This document shows, piece by piece, positions 1-9,550 of a DNA stretch of 64,000 nt. This DNA is from an uncultured Negativicutes bacterium (GTDB lineage: Bacteria; Bacillota; Negativicutes; JBAXTZ01). The notes under the pieces are model-generated. The model made no database searches. It was given only the letters and a program-made list of their open reading frames with translations, and was not told where the DNA came from. Position numbers and translations under genes: made by a program. The stretch lies in assembly GCA_963721525.1 (NCBI GenBank), contig CAVRJL010000015.1:91771-155770 (forward strand), given 5' to 3'. Each line of letters opens with the position of its first letter. Positions within the stretch are counted from its first letter, which is position 1.

Positions 1-62
1 GTCATATTTTTACCTATTTCTCCTAATCCCCCTAACGGGATTATTTGTAATTTATCTGTCAA
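1..62 (-). CDS. rnj: Ribonuclease J (RNase J), N-terminal fragment; the gene continues past the window start
   Basis: The reverse complement of 1-62 reads TTG-TDKLQIIPLGGLGEIGKNM, the conserved RNase J N-terminus. A strong RBS (AAAAGGAGG) sits 6 nt upstream of the TTG at 60-62. Confidence 0.5.
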   Translation of the reverse strand, partial: MTDKLQIIPLGGLGEIGKNM

Positions 63-417
63 AGTACCTCCTTTTATTTGAGTAAAACAAAACTAAGTAT
101 CAATTTAATTGATACCTTCCTAAAAAATTTAACGCTTTAACCAGCCTAACAAAACAACACCTAGACCCCGCACAAAACACTTCCTGTTTATTATAGATTA
201 TTTTTAAAAATTATTCAATACTTTTCATTTGTTTATAAATTTAAGAAGTTTATAACATTTAATGCATAAATTTAGTAAAAACCTTTCTCTCAATTTTTAA
301 CTATGTTTTTAAAAAATAAAGTTAATTGAAAATTACTTGCCCCTAAAATAAAGATATCCTTACTGTAAAATGTAGACGGAAACATTTTTATATAATCGAA
401 TATCTTGTATTAACTTC

Positions 418-1914
418 TTAATTATTAGATTGTTGTATCATAAAATTAATTAAAATACGCGTACCAAATCCTGTTGCTCCAGCATCTATCCAAGATTTCG
501 GCGTTTCTATATTATTAGTACCAGCAATATCAATATGCGCCCAGCTAGTATTTCCAACAAAATTTTCTAGAAACTTGGCAGCAGTAATTGTACCTGCACC
601 TAAATCCATAGATATATTTTTTATGTCTGCTACATGACTTTTTAATGTTTCATTGTAATCTTCATACATAGGAAGTTTCCATAGCCGTTCATTGCATTCA
701 TTTCCTACGGCAAATAGTTTATTTGATAGATCTTCGTTATTAGACATCAAACCAGCAACATTTTTCCCCAGCGCCGTAATTACCGCTCCAGTTAAAGATG
801 CAATATCAATAATAACGTTTGCTCCTAAATCTTTAGCGTAACATAAACCATCTGCAAGTATGATTCTACCTTCCGCATCAGTATTTACTACTTCTATTGT
901 TTTTCCGTTCATTGCAGTTAGTATATCCCCGACTTTATAGGAATACCCGCCAGGCATATTTTCAACCAACGGCATTATTGCAACAACATTAATATTTAAT
1001 TTCATTTTTGCTACAGCATTGATTGCTGCAAGGCAGATTGCTGCTCCTACCATATCCATATGCATTTGTCTCATAAAGTGAGAACCTTTTATACATAATC
1101 CACCAGAATCAAATATGACGCCTTTACCCACTAATGCAAGTAAATCTGTTTTATTTTTAGGATCTCCTTTATAAATTGCAACAACCATACAAGGATCATG
1201 TTTACTTCCTTTTCCTACTGCAAGTATTCCGCCGGCATTCATTTTTTCTAATCCTTTATTATCAAAAACATCTATATCTAAACCATTTTTTATAGACTCT
1301 TTTTGAGCTATTTCAACAAACCTTTGAATATCTAAATAATTTGCTGGCATATTAGTAAGATTTCGTGCAAATGATAAAGCTTTTGCCTCGATGCAATATT
1401 TTTGGATTATATTATCGATACTCTTATTATTTTTGTCACTATCTAAAATAATAAGCAACTTTTGAACCTTATTTTCTTTTTCAGTTTTAAATTGTTGATA
1501 AAAATATTGTCCGATATAAGCTCCGCTTATTATTGCTTGTAAAAAAAACTCTATAGAATAGTTTTTTTGGCATTCTTTATTTATTAAAATTGCAACTGTT
1601 TTTGCTCTATTTTTAACTGCATAACGCAATGCAGTTGACGTGGCTTTTTGTAATTTATAATTAGTAAATTCGTTGAATTTGCCAAGCCCAACAAATAAAA
1701 TTTTTACAGCTTTTATCTTATCAAAAGTAAATATTTCCGTTGTTTTACCTAATTCGCCAATTTGTGTATTTTTATAAATAAAAATTTTTATATTGTTCCA
1801 AAAATCATCCGTTAGTCTATCAATTTCATTCAAATATTTATCACTAAATAAATTTACGATTAATATATCGCACTTAATATTAAAAATTTCTTCTTTTGTT
1901 AACTCTAATTTCAT
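418..1914 (-). CDS. pepA: Leucyl aminopeptidase (M17 family)
   Basis: 498 aa protein with the NTDAEGRL motif and the M17 catalytic-domain layout (VGKGxxFDSGG). Confidence 0.9.
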   Translation of the reverse strand: MKLELTKEEIFNIKCDILIVNLFSDKYLNEIDRLTDDFWNNIKIFIYKNTQIGELGKTTEIFTFDKIKAVKILFVGLGKFNEFTNYKLQKATSTALRYAVKNRAKTVAILINKECQKNYSIEFFLQAIISGAYIGQYFYQQFKTEKENKVQKLLIILDSDKNNKSIDNIIQKYCIEAKALSFARNLTNMPANYLDIQRFVEIAQKESIKNGLDIDVFDNKGLEKMNAGGILAVGKGSKHDPCMVVAIYKGDPKNKTDLLALVGKGVIFDSGGLCIKGSHFMRQMHMDMVGAAICLAAINAVAKMKLNINVVAIMPLVENMPGGYSYKVGDILTAMNGKTIEVVNTDAEGRIILADGLCYAKDLGANVIIDIASLTGAVITALGKNVAGLMSNNEDLSNKLFAVGNECNERLWKLPMYEDYNETLKSHVADIKNISMDLGAGTITAAKFLENFVGNTSWAHIDIAGTNNIETPKSWIDAGATGFGTRILINFMIQQSNN

Positions 1915-2384
1915 AAATTATCCTTTTTATAATTCGAAAAAATAACAGTAGCTTTTCCATCAATAGCTTTTATGTTTCCTTCTATAAATACTGACGTGTT
2001 TATAACTAGTCTTTTTTTTTCTGAAATTATTTCTTCGATTGTTAACCTGAATAAAGCTTCTGCCCCTACTTTAACAGGTTTTAAAAATTTAACTTCTTGC
2101 CTTAAATAAATTGTACCTTTTCCTGGGAATTTCGTTCCTAATATTCCAGAAAATTGGCTAACAACAAGCATTCCATGGCAAATTGTTTCCTTAAATAAAG
2201 TATTTTTAGCAAATTCATCATCAAAATGAATAGGATTATAATCTTTTGTTACGGCGCCAAAACCTGAAACAAGGTTTTTACTCATAACACGCTTTTCTTC
2301 ATAAGTATCGCCAATTTGATACACTTTTTCCTCCATATATAATAAAAATTTATTAGTAAACATACTTTTCATAAAAATAATCAT
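1911..2384 (-). CDS. MaoC-like (R)-specific enoyl-CoA hydratase / hot-dog fold dehydratase
   Basis: 157 aa hot-dog fold protein with a MaoC-like pattern. It overlaps the pepA start by 4 nt, which suggests translational coupling. Confidence 0.7.
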   Translation of the reverse strand: MIIFMKSMFTNKFLLYMEEKVYQIGDTYEEKRVMSKNLVSGFGAVTKDYNPIHFDDEFAKNTLFKETICHGMLVVSQFSGILGTKFPGKGTIYLRQEVKFLKPVKVGAEALFRLTIEEIISEKKRLVINTSVFIEGNIKAIDGKATVIFSNYKKDNL

Positions 2385-2462
2385 TGAAATATATTTTAAT
2401 TTGTCGAGAACAAATTTAAAAAAAATTTAAACGTAAACTTTATTAATTAATCGCACTTTGAT

Positions 2463-3818
2463 TTAGACTAAATCTAAAATTCTTTGGATATGATCTATCT
2501 CTATTAATTCACATTTTATTTTTCTTTTTAATTTTCTTATACTTATTTTAGGTAAAATTATTGTTTTAAATCCTAACATTTCGGCTTCAGTTATTCGTTC
2601 AGCAACATTAATTACTCCTCTAACTTCACCTGTAAGTCCAATTTCTCCAAAAGCTACAACATCGTTTCCTATTATAAAATCTTTGTAACTTGATAATATA
2701 GCAAGTGTTACCGCTAAATCTGCCGCTGGCTCATTAACTTTTATTCCCCCAACAGAGTTTATAAATATGTCTGTCTGTCCAAAATTAATTCCGATCCTTT
2801 TTTCCAAAATCGCGAGTAAAATTATCAACCTGTTATAGTCAAATCCTGCTACTAAACGGCGAGGCATTCCATAGTAGCTTTGAGTGGCCAAAGCCTGAAT
2901 CTCTACAAGAAGTGGACGGTTCCCTTCTATAAAAGGCGTAACAATTGCACCTGCATGAGCATTTATTCTTTCCGATAAAAGTATTGCCGACGGATTTAGT
3001 ATTTCTTTTAATCCACTTTCTTCCATTGAAAAAATGCCGCACTCATTGATACTGCCAAAACGATTTTTTATAACTCGTAATAATCTTAAATTATAATTAA
3101 ACTCCCCTTCAAAATATAATACAACATCTACCATATGTTCGAGTAATTTTGGACCTGCTATTTGTCCATCTTTCGTGATATGCCCTATAATAAGAATCGC
3201 TATATTTAACTCTTTTGAGATCCTCACTAATTTAGCAGTGCATTCTCTGATTTGAGATACGCTTCCAGGTGAACTTGTTATATCAGGATCAAATATGGTT
3301 TGAATAGAGTCTATAATCATAAACTGCGGGCTTAACTGCTGTACTTCTAATAATATTTCCGCAATATTTATAGTTGTATACAAAAACAAACCAGTACCAT
3401 ATTTACCAAACCTATTCACCCGCATTTTAATTTGCGAAGCTGATTCCTCTCCTGATACATATAATATTTTCCTTTCATTCAAAGATAAACTCATAGCTAC
3501 CTGCATAAGCAGAGTAGATTTTCCTACGCCTGGATCTCCACCTAATAATATTACAGAACCAGGCATAATGCCTCCGCCAAGGACTTTGTCAAATTCTTTA
3601 TTACCTGTATCTAACCTCTCACTGCTATTAAAAAAAACGCTCCTTAATAGTACAGGTTTATTGTGAGTAGTAGTACTAAATTTATATTTAGTACTTTCGT
3701 TATTAATTATTTCTTCTGTAAAACAGTTCCACCCATTGCACACTGGACACCTTCCCAACCATTTACCAGCTTGATATCCACATGAATTACAAAAAAACTG
3801 AGTTTTTTGTTTAACCAT
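2463..3818 (-). CDS. radA: DNA repair protein RadA/Sms
   Basis: It has an N-terminal C4 zinc ribbon (CNSCGY...CPVCNGW), a RecA-like Walker A (GGDPGVGKSTLL), the KNRFG motif, and a C-terminal Lon-like domain. Confidence 0.9.
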   Translation of the reverse strand: MVKQKTQFFCNSCGYQAGKWLGRCPVCNGWNCFTEEIINNESTKYKFSTTTHNKPVLLRSVFFNSSERLDTGNKEFDKVLGGGIMPGSVILLGGDPGVGKSTLLMQVAMSLSLNERKILYVSGEESASQIKMRVNRFGKYGTGLFLYTTINIAEILLEVQQLSPQFMIIDSIQTIFDPDITSSPGSVSQIRECTAKLVRISKELNIAILIIGHITKDGQIAGPKLLEHMVDVVLYFEGEFNYNLRLLRVIKNRFGSINECGIFSMEESGLKEILNPSAILLSERINAHAGAIVTPFIEGNRPLLVEIQALATQSYYGMPRRLVAGFDYNRLIILLAILEKRIGINFGQTDIFINSVGGIKVNEPAADLAVTLAILSSYKDFIIGNDVVAFGEIGLTGEVRGVINVAERITEAEMLGFKTIILPKISIRKLKRKIKCELIEIDHIQRILDLV

Positions 3819-4270
3819 TAAAATGAACCTTCTTAAAATAGTTTATATTTTAAATAAATTTTATTCGCATAAACATAAATTAATTTTAGCTATTGCTTCT
3901 TTTTTAATAATGCTTTTTGTCAGTAGTTCTTCAATCTTTCTTGATTTTGAAATATTAATGTAACCTTTATTTGACACGAATTAATTGATCCCTACACTCG
4001 TTTCCACTTGTACTTTTATAAATTGATGAAACTGTGCCAATTTTCTAACCGTTGTCAATCTGATAATGCTACTTTAGATCTCAGCAATATGTTTTACAAA
4101 CTCTTTTATTTCCTGAATTTTAAAAATCATAGTTGATATAGTTGATGTTGACACAGTTAGTTTCCGTATTATCTACAACTCGTAGATCTTTATCTATTTT
4201 TATATCATCGCTAAAACTATAATTTTTATAGATAAAGTTTTTCCTATTTTTTTGTTATAATATCAAATAA

Positions 4271-5473
4271 TCACATAGGTATTCTTATACCATTTTTTAT
4301 TTTTTTAGCAAAATCTGCTCCAAAATTATAAGCTTGTTCTATTTCTTGATCAGTAGGAGCCCATTTACAACTAAACGAACCGCCGATAATATTACTAGCC
4401 ATAGAAGTAAACATTTGTTCTATTTCTTTTATTGCAGCTCCTGACCATCCAAATGAGCCAAAAGCAGCAAAAATTTTATTTTTTGGTTTTAAACCCTTTA
4501 AATGATATAAAAACCCACCCATTGAAGGTAATAATGTATTATGCATTGTAGACGATCCCATCATGATTCCTCTTGCACCTAAAAGTTCACGTGTAATTTC
4601 AGCTTGCTCTAAAGGTTTAAATAAATGAAGCGTTACAAAAACATCCTTCGATCTTACTCCTTCAAAAATCGCTTTAGCCAACTTATTCGTGGAACTCCAC
4701 ATTGTATCATATATAATTACTACTTTTTCTTCTGTTTTATAAGTTGCCCAATTATTATATCTTTTAAAAACTTCACTAATGTATTTTCGTAGTAATATAC
4801 CATGGCTTGGAGCTATTATTTCTATAGGAAAAGGTAAATTTGTAAACTTATTTAAAGCTCCTATAATTTGTTTTCCAAGATGCATCAATATATTCGCATA
4901 ATATTTTTCTAACTCAAACATTATACTATTAAAATCATTTTCATCGTCAAATAATTTAGAACTACATATATGTTGCCCAAAAGCATCATTAGAAAAAAGA
5001 ATTTTTTCTCCTTCAAGATAAGTCGCCATGCTATCAGGCCAATGAACCATAGGTATTGGGTAAAAATGTAATTTATTTTTTCCCAACTCTAAACTATCCC
5101 CCTCTTTTACTACTATAAATTTAAAATTTTCTCCATACTGCTTTATTATTGTGTCTTTAGCCTGCTCCGTACATACTAATGTAGCGTTAGGAGCTCTTTT
5201 TATCAGATACGGTAATCCACTTGCGTGATCCGGTTCAATATGATTAACAACAATATAATCAAGTTTATTTAAAGAAATTATGCTAGAAATCATCTTTTCT
5301 TGGTCCTGCTCAAAAGTATATTTTACTCCATCAATAACTGCTGTTTTTTCATCAATAATTAAATAAGAGTTATAGGTTATTCCTCTTAACGTAGTATAAC
5401 CGTGAAAGTCACGCATATTCCAATCCATACCACCAATATAATACACTGTTTTTGCAATTTTTTTTGCATACAT
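4271..5473 (-). CDS. Flavodiiron protein (FprA / rubredoxin:oxygen oxidoreductase-like, A-type flavoprotein)
   Basis: Metallo-beta-lactamase-like di-iron domain (HIEPDHAS motif) followed by a C-terminal flavodoxin domain; 400 aa. Confidence 0.85.
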   Translation of the reverse strand: MYAKKIAKTVYYIGGMDWNMRDFHGYTTLRGITYNSYLIIDEKTAVIDGVKYTFEQDQEKMISSIISLNKLDYIVVNHIEPDHASGLPYLIKRAPNATLVCTEQAKDTIIKQYGENFKFIVVKEGDSLELGKNKLHFYPIPMVHWPDSMATYLEGEKILFSNDAFGQHICSSKLFDDENDFNSIMFELEKYYANILMHLGKQIIGALNKFTNLPFPIEIIAPSHGILLRKYISEVFKRYNNWATYKTEEKVVIIYDTMWSSTNKLAKAIFEGVRSKDVFVTLHLFKPLEQAEITRELLGARGIMMGSSTMHNTLLPSMGGFLYHLKGLKPKNKIFAAFGSFGWSGAAIKEIEQMFTSMASNIIGGSFSCKWAPTDQEIEQAYNFGADFAKKIKNGIRIPM

Positions 5474-5587
5474 AATTACATTTCTCCTTTATCCTTTTAA
5501 ATTTAATGTCGAAACTATTATTTTTCTACAAATTCAAAAAATTCAAATTTTCAAGGATTTATAAAAATTATTTATACAAATATTATT

Positions 5588-6958
5588 TTATTTGCTAGAT
5601 TTTTTATGCAAGTAATACTCTTTTACTACCCAAAATACAGGTAACCCTAATAGTGTTAAAAAAAGAGACATAAATGACATGCCAGGACTTCTAATAAGTG
5701 TAGCTATGAATACAAATAAACCACCTAATAAAGCCAAAAACGGTACAATTGGATATAAAGGCACTTTATAAGGACGTTCCATATTAGGACGATTTCTTCT
5801 CAGTAAAAATAAACCAATGTATGTTAAAATATAAAATAACCAATTAGACAAAATAGAAAAATTCGCCAACCAATCTGCATCCACAGTTAATTCAAATAAA
5901 GCAAACACCATCAAAAACATTATACTATTAATAGGTGTTCCAAACCCCTTATGTATTTTGCCAAACCAACTTGAAAATGGAATTTGTTTTCTGCAAGCCA
6001 TTGCATAGGGCACTCGAGGCAAGGTTAAATTATAACCATTTATTGTACCAAACATTGAAACCAATATTCCTACATTTATTAATTTACCTCCAATCGAACC
6101 GAATAGCTTCATTGCTACTGCTGCAGACGTTGCTTTACCGTAAAGTATTATTTCATTATTTGATATTGTATGAAAAATTGCTAAATTTACTGCAAGGTAA
6201 GCTACAATAACTATCAAAACCCCTACAAATATTGCTTTAGGTATTATTTTTATCGGATTTTTCATTTCTCCAGCTACTATAGCTACACTAGAAAATCCCT
6301 CATAAGCAAAAAATGTTGCTAACATTGCCATTCCTAGACCTGTAAATGAAAAAGAACCGAGCATAACTCCAGGCTCAACTATTGTATTTTTTCCCCATAT
6401 TAAACCAGCCAATGATAATAGTATTATAGGAACTAATTTAATAGCTGTTGCAATTGTTTGGACGTACCCTGCGTACTTTGCACCTGTAATATTTATCATT
6501 GTTATTATAAATAAAACGCTACCAGCAATCGGAATTCGCATACCGACAGCTAACCCGAATGTTTGTATGAAAATTGCCGAAAAATATAAACTCAATGCGG
6601 CAAATGTCGCAGGAGCAAATATTACTGTTTGCATCCAACCAAAAAGATAAGACACTTTTTCACCGTAAATTTCCTGAAGATAAGCGTATATTCCACCTGT
6701 TCTTGGAATGGATGCTCCAAGTTCTGCTATTGTTAATCCTCCGGCCATAACACATATCCCACCTATTATCCATGCGCATAATGCTCCTTTTACTCCTCCA
6801 GCAGAACCTAAAACATCAGCAGGTCTTACAAATACACCTGCTCCAATAACAGTTCCTATAACAATAGATAATGCAGGCCAATAACCTATATCTCGCTTTA
6901 AACCTTTTTCTGTCTCGATTAATGTATCTTTCATTTTTTCGCCTCCTATTATATTCAT
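5588..6958 (-). CDS. Amino acid permease (APC superfamily)
   Basis: Twelve predicted TM helices with an APC-family pattern. The true start may be the internal Met at MKDTL. Confidence 0.8.
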   Translation of the reverse strand: MNIIGGEKMKDTLIETEKGLKRDIGYWPALSIVIGTVIGAGVFVRPADVLGSAGGVKGALCAWIIGGICVMAGGLTIAELGASIPRTGGIYAYLQEIYGEKVSYLFGWMQTVIFAPATFAALSLYFSAIFIQTFGLAVGMRIPIAGSVLFIITMINITGAKYAGYVQTIATAIKLVPIILLSLAGLIWGKNTIVEPGVMLGSFSFTGLGMAMLATFFAYEGFSSVAIVAGEMKNPIKIIPKAIFVGVLIVIVAYLAVNLAIFHTISNNEIILYGKATSAAVAMKLFGSIGGKLINVGILVSMFGTINGYNLTLPRVPYAMACRKQIPFSSWFGKIHKGFGTPINSIMFLMVFALFELTVDADWLANFSILSNWLFYILTYIGLFLLRRNRPNMERPYKVPLYPIVPFLALLGGLFVFIATLIRSPGMSFMSLFLTLLGLPVFWVVKEYYLHKKSSK

Positions 6959-6987
6959 ATAAATCGGATTTACTTATAGATTAACTT

Positions 6988-7332
6988 TTAACCAGGCGGC
7001 CATGTCATCTTTCTCCCACCTAATAAATGCCAATGCAAATGATCTACTGTCTGTCCTCCATCATCTTTTGTATTTATAACCTGTCTAAACCCTTTTTCAA
7101 CTATTTCATATTTTTTAGCAAGTTTTTTTATAGCTTTAATTATAGCGTGAATAAATTTATTATCATCGTCCTGAATATCTATAAAATTTTTTATATGTTT
7201 TTTAGGTACCATTAAAATATGGATGGGTGCCATAGGCTTAATATCGTTAAATGCTACAATATATTTGTCTTGATAAATAATTTCCGAAGGAATAGCTCCT
7301 TTTATTATCCCGCAAAAAATACAACTTTTCAT
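6988..7332 (-). CDS. HIT-family (histidine triad) nucleotide hydrolase
   Basis: 114 aa protein with the histidine triad HLHWHLLGG near the C-terminus. Confidence 0.85.
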   Translation of the reverse strand: MKSCIFCGIIKGAIPSEIIYQDKYIVAFNDIKPMAPIHILMVPKKHIKNFIDIQDDDNKFIHAIIKAIKKLAKKYEIVEKGFRQVINTKDDGGQTVDHLHWHLLGGRKMTWPPG

Positions 7333-7535
7333 ATTATAAAAAATCCTTTCTTTGATATTTTAAAAATTACAGTTAAGAATACCTAAATCGTTTTTATTTA
7401 CTAAATTATTGCCAATTATATTTTGATAAGGTACAAAACTACTACTTGCTATTGAGCAACGTAACCCTAATTTTATTATAATTTCGTTGTTTCGCGCATA
7501 GTACTTCTTCGCACATTATTTATGATTATTTTACC

Positions 7536-7573
7536 AATTGGTATATACTTTTCTAATTGGTATATACTTTTCT
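7536..7573. repeat. Perfect 19-bp tandem direct repeat (x2) in the intergenic region downstream of the PBP gene
   Basis: AATTGGTATATACTTTTCT occurs twice back-to-back. Confidence 0.9.
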
Positions 7574-7593
7574 ATTAGAAATATTTTGTTTGC

Positions 7594-9315
7594 TTATTTT
7601 AATTGCAATGTCTGCAATACGTTGCTATATTCCATAATCGGGGTCATAAATTCACTAAAAACAGGAGCACATATTTGGCCTCCGTAATATTGTCCTTTAG
7701 GGTCATCGATAACTACTATTGCTACATATTTAGGTGCTTCTACTGGTCCAAAACCTATAAAAGAAGAAATATAATGACCTGAAGAATACCCTGTACCAGA
7801 TGTATTTAATCGTTCTGCTGTTCCTGTTTTTCCACCAAAATGATATCCTTCTACTTTGGCTTTTACTCCACTGCCTTGTAAAACATCTTTTTCAAATAAA
7901 TTAACTAATTTTTGTGTAGCTTCGCGATTCAATAATTGGCTACCTTTATATTTATTAAATTTTTTATAAATACTCCCATCTCTGTTGCAAATTTCTTTAA
8001 TAATATGCGGTTTTATAGTTAATCCTCCGTTACACATTGCAGAAACAGCGGTAACTAACTGCAAAGGAGTCACCGCAACACCCTGCCCAATAGAAACACT
8101 GGCCAAATCAGACAAAGTCATTTTATTTTCATTAAATAATATACCAGATTCTTCCCCAGGTAACTCTATGCCAGTTTTTTTACCAAAACCAAATTTATCC
8201 ACATATTGCGTAATCATATGTTTCCCCAATCGTTGTCCTACTTTAACAAAAACAGTATTTATTGAATTACTAAAAGCATGAATAAAATCTAGATCTCCCC
8301 ACTTACCTCCATCCCAATTTCTTATAAACCTACCATTAATATTTATTGACCCTGTGTCATGAAATATTTCTTCAGGAGATACCAATTTTTCATTAAGAGC
8401 TATAGCAGCAATAACTGTTTTGAACGTTGAACCTGGCTCGTATATACTAAAAAATCTGTTATTAAGTTGATGAGAATTAACTTTAAAAATTTTATTAGGA
8501 TTAAAAGTAGGCCTACTTGCCATAGCCAATATTTCACCATTATTTGGATTCATAATTATAACCGCCATAGAATTAGCTTTAGTCTTAACCATTGAGCGAT
8601 CCATTGTTTGCTCAACAGTAAATTGTATTCTATTATCTAAAGTTAAAAATACTTTTCGTCCTTCTTTTAACAATTCATAATTGAAAGCTGAACCTGTTAT
8701 AGGATTTCCATACTGATCTATGAAAAGTTTTTGTTTTAACATTTCTCCTTTTAACTCTTTATCAAGATGAAACTCTATTCCAGCCAAACCGTTATCATCA
8801 ATTCCGACAAATCCTAATACATGAGCTGCTAACTGGTCATTAGGATAATATCTTTTACTTTCTTCAATAAAATATAAACCGATAATTTTATTATTTTTAA
8901 TATAATTTTGGACTTGTTTTGAAATATCATTTTCTAAAGAGCGCTCTATCCAAATAAATCCTGCGTCACTAGTAAGTCGCTTTATTAAATCGGGTTTTCT
9001 TATACCTAGTATTATAGCCAAATCATTCGCTATTTGGTCACGAGAAACTCTATTTTTTTTTAGTTCAATACAATTTGCATAAAGAGACCTAACCATAATA
9101 CTTATTGCAAGCTCTTTTCCGTTACGGTCGTAAATATTGCCACGTGGATTCTTAATTTTCTTAAAATCATTTACCTGTTCATTTATTTTATCGATAAAAA
9201 AATCAGATATGCCCACCTGTAAATACGCTAATCTGATGAAAATAAACAAAAATAAAACAGTTAAAATCACAATTACCAAGCGTAGCCGATGATTTATATA
9301 TGAAAAAGATTGCAT
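7594..9315 (-). CDS. Class B penicillin-binding protein (FtsI/PBP2B/SpoVD-type transpeptidase)
   Basis: N-terminal membrane anchor and dimerisation domain, then a transpeptidase domain with intact STFK, SNS and KTGT motifs. Confidence 0.9.
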   Translation of the reverse strand: MQSFSYINHRLRLVIVILTVLFLFIFIRLAYLQVGISDFFIDKINEQVNDFKKIKNPRGNIYDRNGKELAISIMVRSLYANCIELKKNRVSRDQIANDLAIILGIRKPDLIKRLTSDAGFIWIERSLENDISKQVQNYIKNNKIIGLYFIEESKRYYPNDQLAAHVLGFVGIDDNGLAGIEFHLDKELKGEMLKQKLFIDQYGNPITGSAFNYELLKEGRKVFLTLDNRIQFTVEQTMDRSMVKTKANSMAVIIMNPNNGEILAMASRPTFNPNKIFKVNSHQLNNRFFSIYEPGSTFKTVIAAIALNEKLVSPEEIFHDTGSININGRFIRNWDGGKWGDLDFIHAFSNSINTVFVKVGQRLGKHMITQYVDKFGFGKKTGIELPGEESGILFNENKMTLSDLASVSIGQGVAVTPLQLVTAVSAMCNGGLTIKPHIIKEICNRDGSIYKKFNKYKGSQLLNREATQKLVNLFEKDVLQGSGVKAKVEGYHFGGKTGTAERLNTSGTGYSSGHYISSFIGFGPVEAPKYVAIVVIDDPKGQYYGGQICAPVFSEFMTPIMEYSNVLQTLQLK

Positions 9316-9550
9316 ATTCTACCCTAAATAACTACTTTTTTATCTTTTCTCACCCATAAAAAAAGATCTAAAACATATCATCATACTCTATTTAAGTGTA
9401 ACTCTTTACCCTAAATGTTCATTATACTATTTTTAATTTAGTTATGTGTAAAAATTTATATTAAAACTATATCTAATTTATTTTAAACGTTCCCAAATTT
9501 GACTACTTTTTTGAATAAAAAAGATGTGCAATATATCGCGTTTTTTACTT

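Noticed and set aside
3819-4270. 450-nt gap downstream of radA as a possible gene remnant (disA or clpC often adjoin radA)
   Set aside because: The reverse-strand translation gives only low-complexity peptides (…KNFIYKNYSFSDDIKIDKDLRVVDNTETNCVNINY…) with no recognisable conserved motif.
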